Position numbers and translations under genes: made by a program. The notes under the pieces were generated by a model. It worked only from the letters and a program-made list of their open reading frames with translations. It was not told where the DNA came from and searched no databases. A stretch of DNA of 64,000 nt from Alphaproteobacteria bacterium (GTDB lineage: Bacteria > Pseudomonadota > Alphaproteobacteria > UBA828): NCBI GenBank assembly GCA_965220745.1, contig CBDCQT010000013.1:608001-672000 (forward strand), written 5' to 3'. Positions 50,370-59,911 of the stretch are shown here, in pieces (position 1 is the stretch's first letter; every line of letters starts with the position of its first letter).

Positions 50370-50620
50370 GGGTGAAGGTTGGGAAGCCGTCGGGGATGTG
50401 AGCAGGTCGGAGGATCGGTAAGGGCAAACGGTCAATGAGACGGGGTCGGGAAAACCAGTGTAGGGCTCCGAGCTTTCAAGCTCGTCGCGTCGATTTTGGA
50501 CCCGATCCGCGCATCTCCATACAGGCCAGCGGCGTCTAGCAGGCCGCATCAACAGGCCGGATAGACGACTGCACCTGACCACATGAACCGAGCCGTCCAA
50601 AGAAAGCGCTTGCATCACCG
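50370..50620 (+). ncRNA. Putative seekRNA/bridge RNA of the IS1111 element
   Basis: Contains GTAGGGCTC (reverse complement of the target right flank), GCGTCGA (left-flank-like) and ATAGACGA (element right end). Confidence 0.7.
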
Positions 50621-50778
50621 GGGGCGTCCATAGACGAGCCCTACGCTTGGCTCAAGAGCACGCTGGAGAAAATCGCGGCCGGCCCCATCCTCAATCCCGA
50701 ATTCACGAACTCCTGCCCTGGAACTTCGGTCCGGCGTCAAGCTGAAAACCAAGGTGGTGCGCTTGCACCGGTCTCACG

Positions 50779-51522
50779 TCAGAGTCTGCTGAAGGCCCAG
50801 ATCACCGTGCCCACGATGTGGGCCTCGTCGACGAGGCAGGTATAGGGCTCGTAGGCAGGATTGGCGGAGTGCAGACGGATCGCGGGAGGCTCAGTGTGGA
50901 TCAGCATCTCGACCCGCTTGACCACGAGGCCGCCGCCGTCCCAGAGCACGACCATCTCACCAGTCACCGGCACGCGGCGAGAGGTGTCGACCACGATCCT
51001 GTCGCCCTCGCCGACGAGGGGCTCCATGGAATCGCCGCGGGCGCCGAGGATGCGCAGGTTCTCGGGCGCGGTGCGTCCCTCGTGGCGGATCATGGCGTCG
51101 GGCAGGTACCAGCGCGCCGCCTCAGCAGCGTTGTCCTCATTGAGAGCCCCGGGACCGGCAGAGGCGTCCACAGCCATTTCGCGGACCGCGGATACCGGCG
51201 CGTTCGGAAGCTGCGGTGGCCTGAAGCGCGGGGTTCGCGGCTTCGCTGGCCTGCGCTTCGGCACGTAATCGTGACGCAACTCCTCCGGGTCGCACCCGAG
51301 CCATTCGGCGAGCGCGCTGCGGTCGCGCGACCTGAGCGCCTTGGGGACGCCGCGTTCGAGGAACTGGTGCATGTACGAGGAGCCGCGGCCGATGGCGAGG
51401 GAGGCCTCCCGCATTGTGGCGTCCCGCTCGCGCAGCAGGTGGCGGATTCTCTTTCTGATGGGGTCGTTCTGCAGCAGACGTGCCTTGTCGTCATCTGCCC
51501 GGTTCCGGGGTTGATCGTGCAT
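50779..51522 (-). CDS. Phage cI/LexA-like repressor with S24 peptidase domain
   Basis: N-terminal HTH (ASLAIGR.SSYMHQFL.RG.P), Ala-Gly site ASAGPG, GDSMEP (Ser), VVKRV (Lys). Confidence 0.9.
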   Translation of the reverse strand: MHDQPRNRADDDKARLLQNDPIRKRIRHLLRERDATMREASLAIGRGSSYMHQFLERGVPKALRSRDRSALAEWLGCDPEELRHDYVPKRRPAKPRTPRFRPPQLPNAPVSAVREMAVDASAGPGALNEDNAAEAARWYLPDAMIRHEGRTAPENLRILGARGDSMEPLVGEGDRIVVDTSRRVPVTGEMVVLWDGGGLVVKRVEMLIHTEPPAIRLHSANPAYEPYTCLVDEAHIVGTVIWAFSRL

Positions 51523-51576
51523 GGGCGTCCTCGATAGTGTCTCTTCGTATGTATGTCATAGTACACAGTATCGTGT

Positions 51577-51860
51577 TGTCAAGAATATGTTGCGCAATTG
51601 TTCAGATACGATCCGATCGCTCGACTTCGAACCCGCCGAGCGTGTCGCAGGGTTAGGCTGAGCTCTCCGCAGCGACCGGGGGCTCGCCAAGAGAACAGAT
51701 CCTGGAATACCGAGCGCTTGACTGCTTGCAGACGCCGGTCTCCGTGCGGAATCAGGTCGTCGGGACCCCGCAAAGGCGTGTAGGGAAGGTGCGATTCGTC
51801 AAGATTCTGCGGGCGATTGCGCATGATTGACAAAAGTGTAGGAAACTAGCTACCAAAACA
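51577..51860. promoter_or_regulatory. Divergent promoter region between the repressor and the cro/xis-pil operon
   Basis: TTGACA on the minus strand at 51577-51582 and on the plus strand at 51827-51832; AT-rich; -10 boxes weak. Confidence 0.5.
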
Positions 51861-51899
51861 TATTGAATACCGCGCATGTTCCATCTACGTTCCCTGCCA

Positions 51900-52690
51900 T
51901 GACCGATAGTGCTCAACACCTCCGAAGCGCCGTCATGGCATTCATGGAACGCCGAAAGTTCAGCCCGTCACGAATGGGCAGGCTCCTCTTCGGCAACCCC
52001 TCCTTCGTCCGCGTCCTGATGGACGGCTGCTCCCCCAGGCTCGATACCGCAGACCGTGTGCTCGTGTTCATGGGACTGGAGCCCATCGGTCCGCGCTTCC
52101 GATGCGAGGTCGATGCGTACCTGGCGGTGACCGGCGCCAAGGCCACAGCGGTCGGCGAAGGGGCGATCGGGAACCGCTCTTTCGTGACGCGCCTGCGCAA
52201 TGGCTCCTCGCCCCGCCTCAAGACCGTCGACCGCGTGCGCGCCTGGATGAGGCAGAACGCGAGCGCCGAGGAGTCGCGCATGATCGAAGTGGCTACAAGA
52301 GAGGCGCTGCAGGACGAAGAGGGGGAGGGCGACAAGGCGCAACAGCCCGAACTTGTCGACAGGCCGCAGGCGGCACTGGCGGGTGCTCTCTTTTGGAGCG
52401 TGGTCGAGCTCGCCGAACTCCTGCGCATGAGCCGGCACACCCTGGACCGGTACAGGGTGGTCGGCGGCGGACCGCCGTTTCTCAAGCTGAGAGGACACAT
52501 CATCTATGCCCGGGAGGACGTGAAGAGGTGGTTGAAGACCCGTCGGCGGTCCACGACCTCGGATCTGGGCAAGTTGCTTGCCGACGAGCCGCCCGGCACG
52601 CCGGAAGACGATCTCTCTGGCTCTGCGGAGGGCGCTTCACCCGATTCCGAGGAGGACATCTCCCGTGATACCCGGGAGGACGACCGATGA
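51900..52690 (+). CDS. DNA-binding protein with two tandem Cro-like domains and an Xis/HTH_17-like domain
   Basis: Repeated G...GN.SFV..L..G.SPRL.T.DRV..M unit x2, then ELAELLRMSRHTLDRYR..GGGPPFLKL...IIY...DV..W. Confidence 0.75.
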
Positions 52691-54282
52691 CCGCGCGGCG
52701 CCGCCGGCTGGTGGCTGGACCATGGCCGCTTCTGGTCCTCCCTGTCCTCCTTCTGTGCGGCTGCGGGCTCACGGCCGTGGAGGACGCGCGGGACGAAGCG
52801 CATGCGGTGGCGCGGGATGCCGCAGCGGCGCGTGCGGGCGCATCGGCCGAGCCCGGCTACGTGACGGTGCGCCGGGTGGACCGGCCCTGGGTGGGGCTGG
52901 TGGTAATTGAAGAAGACAGGAGCACGCTGCCCGAGCGCCTGCTCAGCGAAGACGCGGTGACCCTGCCGCTGGCCGGTGCCGATGACGATGCAGTGCTGGC
53001 GGCGCGCATCGAGGCCGTCACCGGCATCCCCGTGCGCTTCGTCGGCGCCGCCCGTGAGGACGCGGGGACGCCCTTCGCCGCCGCGGACCTGCTGGTGCCG
53101 AACGGCACCGTCTGGACCGGCTCCCTGGACCGTCTGCTGGACGCCTGGACCGGGGCCGCCGGCCACGAGTGGCGGTACGCCGATTCGGGCCGCATCGAGA
53201 TCGTGCGCCGGCTGACGGCAGTGTTCCGGGTCAACGCGCTCGCCGGCACCGAGCGCCACGGCGCCTCGTCGTCGACGCAGGACCAGGCCGGCGAGGACGG
53301 ATCGAGCAGCCTCAGCGCCCAGTCCATCGAGAGCGAGATCGTCTACGACCCCTGGCCCGAGATCGAAGAGCAGATCGCGGGCCTCGTGGGCGAGGAGAGC
53401 ACGGTTACCGTCTCGCCTGCGAGCGCATCGGTGACGGTGAGCGGTGCGCCAGCGGACGTGCGCAAGGTGCGCGGCTATCTCGCCTGGCTCAACCGCGAGG
53501 TGCTGCGTCCGGTGACGCTGAGCGTCCACCTCTACGCAGTGCGCTTCGAGCGCGAGAGCGACCACGGCGTGGATGTCTCGCTCAGCGAGACGCTGGGCTC
53601 GTCCGTCGGCCTTTCGGTGGCGGGCGACACCGTCTCGGTGATCAGGCCCGGCGACACCGGAGGCGCCGTGGGCGCCGTGGACACGCTGGCGGCGGCGGTC
53701 CGGGCGCTCAGCCGGGCGGGCACGGTATCCCGGGTGCTGTCCGCCGACATCCCCTCGCTCAACGGCAAGCCGGCACAGTTCCTGGAACTCACCAACGAGG
53801 CCTATCTCAAGGAGCTCAGGACCACGGCCGGCGAGGGTGTGGCGCAGACCGAGCTGGTGCCGGGCACCGTGTCGTCGGGCTTCGCTCTCTCCTACCTCGC
53901 GCGCATCACCGGGCCGGACGAGGTTCTGGTGCGTCTCAACGCCAGTCTCAGGGACCGCCCGCGCTTCACCACCTTCACCACCGACGGTCACACCATCCAG
54001 CTTCCGGCCTACGGCGGGCGCGCGGTGCAGGTGACCCGGAAGATCGCGCATGGCGAGACCCTGATGGTGACGGGGTTCACCGACCGGGGTGCGGTGTCGG
54101 ACCGGCAGGGCAGCATCGACGTGGACATTCCCGCTCCTCTCGGCGGGCGCAGCGCGCACTTGGTGCGCGAGGAGCGGGTGCTTTTGATCGCGGCCGAGGT
54201 CGGCGCGCCGCTCGGCATCACGCAGGTTCACGGGGTCGAGCTCGGCCGGGGTGAGCCCCGGTATCGGGGAGACTATCCGTGA
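52687..54282 (+). CDS. Type IVb pilus lipoprotein secretin (PilN/BfpB-like)
   Basis: Lipobox LCGC, PA.VR.V..YL..LN....RPV.L.V, SLNGKPA, LVPGTVSSGF, TIQLP, GETLMVTGF. Confidence 0.8.
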   Translation: MTARRRRLVAGPWPLLVLPVLLLCGCGLTAVEDARDEAHAVARDAAAARAGASAEPGYVTVRRVDRPWVGLVVIEEDRSTLPERLLSEDAVTLPLAGADDDAVLAARIEAVTGIPVRFVGAAREDAGTPFAAADLLVPNGTVWTGSLDRLLDAWTGAAGHEWRYADSGRIEIVRRLTAVFRVNALAGTERHGASSSTQDQAGEDGSSSLSAQSIESEIVYDPWPEIEEQIAGLVGEESTVTVSPASASVTVSGAPADVRKVRGYLAWLNREVLRPVTLSVHLYAVRFERESDHGVDVSLSETLGSSVGLSVAGDTVSVIRPGDTGGAVGAVDTLAAAVRALSRAGTVSRVLSADIPSLNGKPAQFLELTNEAYLKELRTTAGEGVAQTELVPGTVSSGFALSYLARITGPDEVLVRLNASLRDRPRFTTFTTDGHTIQLPAYGGRAVQVTRKIAHGETLMVTGFTDRGAVSDRQGSIDVDIPAPLGGRSAHLVREERVLLIAAEVGAPLGITQVHGVELGRGEPRYRGDYP

Positions 54283-55808
54283 GCGTGCTGACCGTCGGCG
54301 GGCGGCGCTTTGCGGCCGGGCTCTACTGGCTGGAGCGCAAGGGTGCGGCCTCTGTGGCTCGGAACGCGCGGGCCTTCAAGCGTCCCTGGCACGTTCACTG
54401 GGGCGAGCAGACCGGGTACGCGGCGGACGAGGAGAGCCCGAAGGACTGTCCGAGCCTGGCGGCGTCGCTGCAGGCGCGCATCGCGGCCCCCACCTGGATG
54501 GCGCTGGTGGAGGTGGACGACGGGCGCCTTGCGCTGGTGAAGGCCAGGGACGGCGCCTTCCTTGCCGACGGCGACGAGGTGTTTGCCGACCGGGAGGCCG
54601 CGCTTGCGGCCTTCGAGCGTGCCCGCGGCAAGACGGAAAGTTCCACCGTACCCGTGAGTTCCACGGTACCGGAGAGTTCCTCCGTGGGCTGGGCGCTCCA
54701 TGCGACGCCGGGGCTGGTGAAGGACGCGGGAGCGGAGCGTTCCCCCGTAAGCGAGATCGACCCCGCGTCGCTGGCGGACGATCCCGGCATGCGCCTTGCG
54801 GCGGCGCCGCTCTCGACGCTCGGCCTGCCGAAGGTGGGGCGCTTCCTGGCGCTTGCCGTCATGGTGGCGGGCGGCGCCTTCGTGTGGACGCAGCGCGGCA
54901 CGATCTGGGACTTGATCGCCGGACCCGAGGAGGCGGCGGAGGCGGAGCAGGCGCCCGTGGAGCCGCCGGTGACGGCGATACTGGATGCGGGCGCGCTGCT
55001 CGCGGGCTGCCGGCAGGCGCTCATGGCGTATCCGCCGTACCTGCCGGCATGGCGCACGGAGCGCATCTCCTGCGAGGGCCGCTTCGCAGACATCGCGCTC
55101 ATCGGCGTGCGCCCGGAGCTCGAGGACCGGGCGGTGCTCACGGTGCGCTGGCGGCTCGGTTCGGGTCGTCCGGAGCCCCTGCACCGGCGCATCGCCGAGA
55201 CGCACCTCTCCGGATGGTACGCGGCTTCGGTCACGGGGGACCGGGCCTGGGCGGTTGCGCCGCTCGCCCCGGTGCTGCAGCGTTTCGAGGTCGGAGGGGA
55301 ACACCATGGTGCCCCTCCCTCCCTGCTCGACTTCCGCGAGGCGGTGGACCGGCATTTCGGCGCGCGCGGCACCCGCATCGAATACCCCATGCAGGGCGAC
55401 GGCATCGAGTTGCGCGTCACGACCGGTCGCGTGCCCTTTCGCCTCGCAGACGCCATTGCCGCCGTGCCCGGTCTCGAACTCGTGCGGCTCATCCGGGACA
55501 GCGCCGGCGAGTGGCGGCTCGAAGGGCGGCGGGTGTCGCCGGTCTCCATGCCGCGCGAACGCTTCGAGCAGGCGATTCGGCCACTGACTCAGTCAGTGTC
55601 TCAGTCAGTGACTCAGTCACCGGCGCATTCGGTGGCGCAGCCAGTAGCGCAGCCACCGGCAAAGCTGGAAGGCGCGGCCACTGACCTGACCGGCGATGCA
55701 GTCGGCGAAGTCACCGACCCAATCGATGCCGCGGCCACCGGCACGACTGGCAATGCAGCCGGCAGCGCGATCAACCACACGGCCAACGACGGAGGCTCTG
55801 GATCATGA
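54279..55808 (+). CDS. Type IVb pilus accessory protein PilO-like
   Basis: N-terminal F.AGL.W, SLAA.L motif, single central TM; position right after pilN. Confidence 0.65.
   Translation: MSVLTVGGRRFAAGLYWLERKGAASVARNARAFKRPWHVHWGEQTGYAADEESPKDCPSLAASLQARIAAPTWMALVEVDDGRLALVKARDGAFLADGDEVFADREAALAAFERARGKTESSTVPVSSTVPESSSVGWALHATPGLVKDAGAERSPVSEIDPASLADDPGMRLAAAPLSTLGLPKVGRFLALAVMVAGGAFVWTQRGTIWDLIAGPEEAAEAEQAPVEPPVTAILDAGALLAGCRQALMAYPPYLPAWRTERISCEGRFADIALIGVRPELEDRAVLTVRWRLGSGRPEPLHRRIAETHLSGWYAASVTGDRAWAVAPLAPVLQRFEVGGEHHGAPPSLLDFREAVDRHFGARGTRIEYPMQGDGIELRVTTGRVPFRLADAIAAVPGLELVRLIRDSAGEWRLEGRRVSPVSMPRERFEQAIRPLTQSVSQSVTQSPAHSVAQPVAQPPAKLEGAATDLTGDAVGEVTDPIDAAATGTTGNAAGSAINHTANDGGSGS
55587..55658 (+). 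repeat. 12-bp tandem repeat (TQSV/AQPV) in the pilO-like tail
   Basis: actcagtcagtg tctcagtcagtg actcagtcaccg gcgcattcggtg gcgcagccagta gcgcagccaccg. Confidence 0.75.
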
Positions 55809-57583
55809 GCAAGGGAGCACGCTGCAATCGGCGACATCTGCGTAGACGCATCATGGCGGGTGCGAGCGCGCTCGCGATCAGCGTCGCCATCCACGCAGCG
55901 GCGATAGCGGTGATCACGCCGATGTTGGCGACACCGGCGGCCGCGCAGGAGAGCGAGGAGGTCTACCGCCAGGAGGCGCTGGCCCATGCAAGGGCCATCT
56001 CCGAGGGCTGGCGGCGCCTCGAGGACCACATTCTGCGGCGCTCGACTGCGCCCACGCGCTGGACAGGCTCCGTGCCGCCGGCGTCGACCGGATGGCTGGA
56101 TGCCTGGAACGAGCGGGGAGTAGGGGCGCGCTACTGCGATAACACCCTGCTGGTCTACATGGAGCCCGAGGTCCTCAAGGGCGTGGGTCGCGACCAGCGC
56201 TCGGTGCAGGTGGCGCCCCACCTCTATGCCGCACAGGGGAACACCCTGGTCCAGGGGAACACCCTGGCAGGCGGCCTCGCCGCCCTGCACTGGCTCACGG
56301 GTGCCTCAGGCACATGGGTAGCCGAGGGAACCGCGGGCCGGCCTGATGTGTCCTTGCCGGCATGCCTCTCCGATTCGTCCTTCGGCGGTCCCCTGCCCTT
56401 CGGGCGTGTGGCGCTGGCGGGCGCAGTGCGCGACCCGCACCTCGATCTGCGCGAGCGGATCTCGCACGAGCGCAGCGTGGAGGACTGCCCCGCAGGAACG
56501 CATGGCGAAGGCCGCACCATGACCCGTGAGGTACGGCAGACATACGACGGCAGGGGCGATGCGGTGGGCGATCCCGTCATGGGCTCCTGGCAGGTGTCGA
56601 TCGACGACTGCCGGGCCGACTACAGCGAGTGGGAGCACTACACGCTGGAGTGCAGCTGGCTTGCGGGCCCGCCGCACGACCGGGAGATGACGGGTCAGGA
56701 GATCTGGCGCCGGGAGAAGACGGTAACTGCCGATGGCGTGTCGTGGGGTACGCCGGAGTTCGTCTCGACGAGTTGCTGGGAGGGGCAGGTGCCGGCGCTC
56801 CCGCAGGCCGAGGTGACCGAGACGGTGCGCACCGAGACCACGAGCGGGGCCTGTCCTGCGGGCTACTCGGGCACGGCGGTGCTGACGCGGACGGTGACGA
56901 CGCGGTCCACGACGTGGCCCTGGGACGCCCAGCCCACGGTCCAGGACATCCCCGGCAACTGGATTGCCGACGAGTCGGGGTGCACCCAAGTGGTTCTGCC
57001 TCCCATCCACACGGACGAGTTCACGCCGGGGGGCCCGACGGGTACGGGCACCGGGGGGCCTGGAGACGGCAGTTGCGGGCCAGCACCCGGAGATGGCGGC
57101 GGCTCGGACGGCCCCGGCGACGGCACCTGCTCGGGGCCGGGCGTGGGTCCGGGCGCGGGCAACGGCGGCGGAAACGGCGGCTGCTTCCTCACCGAGGCGG
57201 TGGTGGGCGCGCAGGGCATCGAGGCCGACGACGGCCCGACGCTGACGACGCTGCGCGCCTTCCGCGACCGCTACATGCAAGAGACGCCGGAGCGCCGGGC
57301 GCTGGTGGCCCGCTACTACGAGATCGCACCTCGCATCGTTGCTGCGATCCGGCTGGGGCACGAGGACTGGAACTGGATCGGCACGCAGGTGGACGAGGCG
57401 GTGGCGGCGATCCGCGCCGGTGAGAACGACCATGCCTTCGCCATCTACGTCGCCATGGTGCGCCGCCTGGAGGCGCGCTGGCTCGAGCCGGCGCGGGAGG
57501 CGCCGCAGCAGAGGGTTTCTATGCACCAGGGTGTTCCCCTGCACCAGGGTGTTCCCCTAGACCGGGGTGTTCCCCTGTCATGA
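55805..57583 (+). CDS. Exported Cys-rich protein with a Gly-rich linker and a CFI-box-CTERM-like C-terminal domain
   Basis: Signal/TM N-terminus; CPAG...TR...W repeats; GGCFLTEAV...LTTLRAFRDRYM...LVARYYEIAP.IV. Confidence 0.72.
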   Translation: MSKGARCNRRHLRRRIMAGASALAISVAIHAAAIAVITPMLATPAAAQESEEVYRQEALAHARAISEGWRRLEDHILRRSTAPTRWTGSVPPASTGWLDAWNERGVGARYCDNTLLVYMEPEVLKGVGRDQRSVQVAPHLYAAQGNTLVQGNTLAGGLAALHWLTGASGTWVAEGTAGRPDVSLPACLSDSSFGGPLPFGRVALAGAVRDPHLDLRERISHERSVEDCPAGTHGEGRTMTREVRQTYDGRGDAVGDPVMGSWQVSIDDCRADYSEWEHYTLECSWLAGPPHDREMTGQEIWRREKTVTADGVSWGTPEFVSTSCWEGQVPALPQAEVTETVRTETTSGACPAGYSGTAVLTRTVTTRSTTWPWDAQPTVQDIPGNWIADESGCTQVVLPPIHTDEFTPGGPTGTGTGGPGDGSCGPAPGDGGGSDGPGDGTCSGPGVGPGAGNGGGNGGCFLTEAVVGAQGIEADDGPTLTTLRAFRDRYMQETPERRALVARYYEIAPRIVAAIRLGHEDWNWIGTQVDEAVAAIRAGENDHAFAIYVAMVRRLEARWLEPAREAPQQRVSMHQGVPLHQGVPLDRGVPLS

Positions 57584-58797
57584 GGGCGCGTCGCACCATG
57601 ATGGGCCTGGCTGCGGCCGCGCTCATGGCGGCGTGCGCGGGAGAGGCAAGTGCACAGTCAGGACCTCCCAACTACAGCTCCCATGATGCGGCGTTCTTCT
57701 CGGAGCTGCTGACCGACCGGGTCTGGCTGCTCGAGCGCCCGAACTCGGCGCAGGCGGGCGACCGGGGTCTGGTCTGGGGCATCCACCATGCGGCCGACGG
57801 CACCGCGCGGGCGTGCATCCACCTCGACGGCGTCTGGCAGGCGCGAATCGACCGCTGGCGGGTGGTCTCGTCGCCCCGCTTCCGGGCCCTCTACAACTAC
57901 CACGACGCCGGCACGGAACCCGATCCCGGCCACGTGAAGGGGCACGTGCCGATCTTCTACGACCCCGGGACGGGCCGGCTCCACAGCGAGAGCGTCGGCG
58001 GAGCCGAAGGCTCGCAGGGCAACTGGTTCGTGCTCTCTCTCGGCTGGGTGCAGGAGAGCTGGCCGCAGGCGCTGAAGGACACTTGTCCCGACCTCGATCT
58101 TCCCGCCGGGTTTTCGGTCAATGCGAAACAGACCTCCGTGCTCATGGAGGAGGCCGTCGCGCAGGATCCCGATGCGGCGCTCCGCACTCATCCGGGCTCG
58201 GAGCTGAGGGCGCCGGGCTCGATTGGGCTGGCGATGACAGGCGGCGGGCCAACGGTGACGGCGGCAGACCTCGCGCGTTTCCTTGCGGCCAACGACGGGC
58301 ACGTGCTCAAGAGCCCGGCGGGAACGCGAATGGTGCTGGTGCTTGGGGCAGAGCGCGACGAGCTGTGGCGGCTGGATGAGCACGGGAACGTAACCGACAC
58401 GGCGGTGCTGCTGCCTTCGGCCGAGGGTGCCGGCATCGCGGCGCAGTGGGAGCGCCTTCCACGCCGTCTGGAGTACCGCCTGGGCGACCCCTTCCCGCTG
58501 CAGCCGACCGGCGAGCGTTATGGGGCGATGGCGCTCACGGACCGCCTGGTCGCCGCGGGCCGGCCCGTCGCGCTGCCGTTCGGAGACATGGGCGACATCC
58601 CGCTGCGCTTCTACGACGGCGGCGCGGCGACGGCGGAAGACGTCCACGGCGGCGAGCTAGGCGGCCGCTGGCGCTGGTCGCGGGGCCATCTCCACGTCTC
58701 GCTCGACGGCATGGCGGAGACGCTGGCCTGGCCCTTGCGCGATCTTGCGCGGCACGTCGGCACGATCCCGGCCTCTTCCGACGGCTCGGCGGAGTGA
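57580..58797 (+). CDS. Hypothetical exported protein in the pilus operon
   Basis: ATGA overlap; signal peptide with a possible lipobox MAAC. Confidence 0.65.
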   Translation: MRARRTMMGLAAAALMAACAGEASAQSGPPNYSSHDAAFFSELLTDRVWLLERPNSAQAGDRGLVWGIHHAADGTARACIHLDGVWQARIDRWRVVSSPRFRALYNYHDAGTEPDPGHVKGHVPIFYDPGTGRLHSESVGGAEGSQGNWFVLSLGWVQESWPQALKDTCPDLDLPAGFSVNAKQTSVLMEEAVAQDPDAALRTHPGSELRAPGSIGLAMTGGGPTVTAADLARFLAANDGHVLKSPAGTRMVLVLGAERDELWRLDEHGNVTDTAVLLPSAEGAGIAAQWERLPRRLEYRLGDPFPLQPTGERYGAMALTDRLVAAGRPVALPFGDMGDIPLRFYDGGAATAEDVHGGELGGRWRWSRGHLHVSLDGMAETLAWPLRDLARHVGTIPASSDGSAE

Positions 58798-58804
58798 ACG
58801 GACG

Positions 58805-59911
58805 ATGAGCGTGCGCCCCCTCCGTTTCGTCTTGCCCGCGGCCATGCTCGCGTCCACCACTCTCTGGGCGAGCACCGCCGCTGCGGGAGGATTGCCGCCC
58901 CTGCCGATAGAGATCGGGGAGATCGCAGAATCGGTCGCCGCGGTCTCGGGGGCGGTCGAAACAGACGCACGGACTGCCGGTGACAATGCCCTTCGGCATG
59001 CGACGCAGCCGTCGGCATCCGGGCCGGCAGAGGAGGCCGCCGGGACCGCCGATGTTCCTGAAGCGGCCAATGCCGCACCCGATGCAGTTGCGAAAGCGCC
59101 GCCGGCGAGCCGTCTGCTTCGCTCCCTGGAGGCGTGGTCTGCGCAGCCGACGATGGCCTCGCCATCGCCCGACGGGGCTTCCGCTGATGTCGGCCGGTCG
59201 GCAGCGGAAGCAGCGATCGGCAGATCACCGGGGAGTTCCCCTGGCCCGGCGCGTTCCGCTGTACCAGGGAGTTCCCCTGTGCCGGGGAGTTCCCCCGTTT
59301 TGCACGGTTGTCCGCGCGCGCTGCTGGCAGCGCTTCTGGGGGAGGCAACCGAGACAGCGGATGCGGTCTCTGCGCTCGCGATCGAGCGGGAGACGCTGGC
59401 GCTCTGCCGTGAGCGCCAGGAGATCGTCAACGGCATCGTGGCGCTGGAGGGCGAGCTGCAGGCGCTGCTGGCCGAAGCGCAGAACACGACGGGAGCGCCT
59501 GATGCAGGTGCCGGCGCAATCGGGCCTGCGGACGCGCCTATAGTTAAGGTGTCGGCGCCGGTCCGCGTGATCGAGGTGCCGGCGCCTGCGCCCCTGCGCG
59601 CGGAGACGGCAGAGGGGGCGACGGCCGCCCCGGCGCCCGCGCCGGAACTCCCCTCATACAGCTGGTTCTCGATCGTCGGCACGGCCGGCGACCTGCGCGC
59701 CGGCGTCAGCGACGGCACCGGGCACGGTGGCACGAATGTCTGGTTCGTGCGCGAGGGCGACCGGCTGCCCGGCGGGGTGACGGTGGCGCGCATCGTCGCC
59801 CGACCTCCGGGCGTGCACGTGGAGGGCGCCGTGGAGGCCGCCCTTCCCTACAGGCCCCGTCCTTCTGGCGTTACCGGCCCGCGCCGGGATGGCAAGGGAG
59901 ACGGATCGTGA
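58805..59911 (+). CDS. PilP-like type IVb pilus protein
   Basis: Signal peptide, coiled coil, Pro-rich linker, C-terminal SIVG..G.L.A...VREGD.LPGG.TV..I beta domain. Confidence 0.6.
   Translation: MSVRPLRFVLPAAMLASTTLWASTAAAGGLPPLPIEIGEIAESVAAVSGAVETDARTAGDNALRHATQPSASGPAEEAAGTADVPEAANAAPDAVAKAPPASRLLRSLEAWSAQPTMASPSPDGASADVGRSAAEAAIGRSPGSSPGPARSAVPGSSPVPGSSPVLHGCPRALLAALLGEATETADAVSALAIERETLALCRERQEIVNGIVALEGELQALLAEAQNTTGAPDAGAGAIGPADAPIVKVSAPVRVIEVPAPAPLRAETAEGATAAPAPAPELPSYSWFSIVGTAGDLRAGVSDGTGHGGTNVWFVREGDRLPGGVTVARIVARPPGVHVEGAVEAALPYRPRPSGVTGPRRDGKGDGS

Larger units (their letters stand above)
49264..50637 (+). mobile_element. IS110-family, IS1111-subgroup element
   Basis: Sub-terminal IRs TGGACGCCCC (49269-49278) and GGGGCGTCCA (50621-50630); long 3' non-coding region; GACGA present at both junctions. 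Confidence 0.88.
49170..50745 (+). pseudogene. IS66 TnpC C-terminal remnant, interrupted by the IS110 element
   Basis: KNALFAVHDEGA..W....SLIETCKMNG (49170-49263) continues as EPYAWLKSTLEKIAAG..P.SRIHELLPWNF (50636-50745). Confidence 0.8.

Noticed and set aside
50779-52690. Prophage
   Set aside because: Only the immunity-like switch is phage-like; it is followed by pilus genes, with no capsid, terminase or tail genes in the window
57030-57182. Gly/Pro-rich repeats (GPGDG) as a DNA repeat element
   Set aside because: Explained as a protein linker before the CFI-box-like domain, and the codons vary
57524-57577. GTGTTCCCC repeats resembling the start of type I-E CRISPR repeats
   Set aside because: Units are 18 bp and head-to-tail with no unique spacers, and no cas genes are present; reported as a repeat family instead
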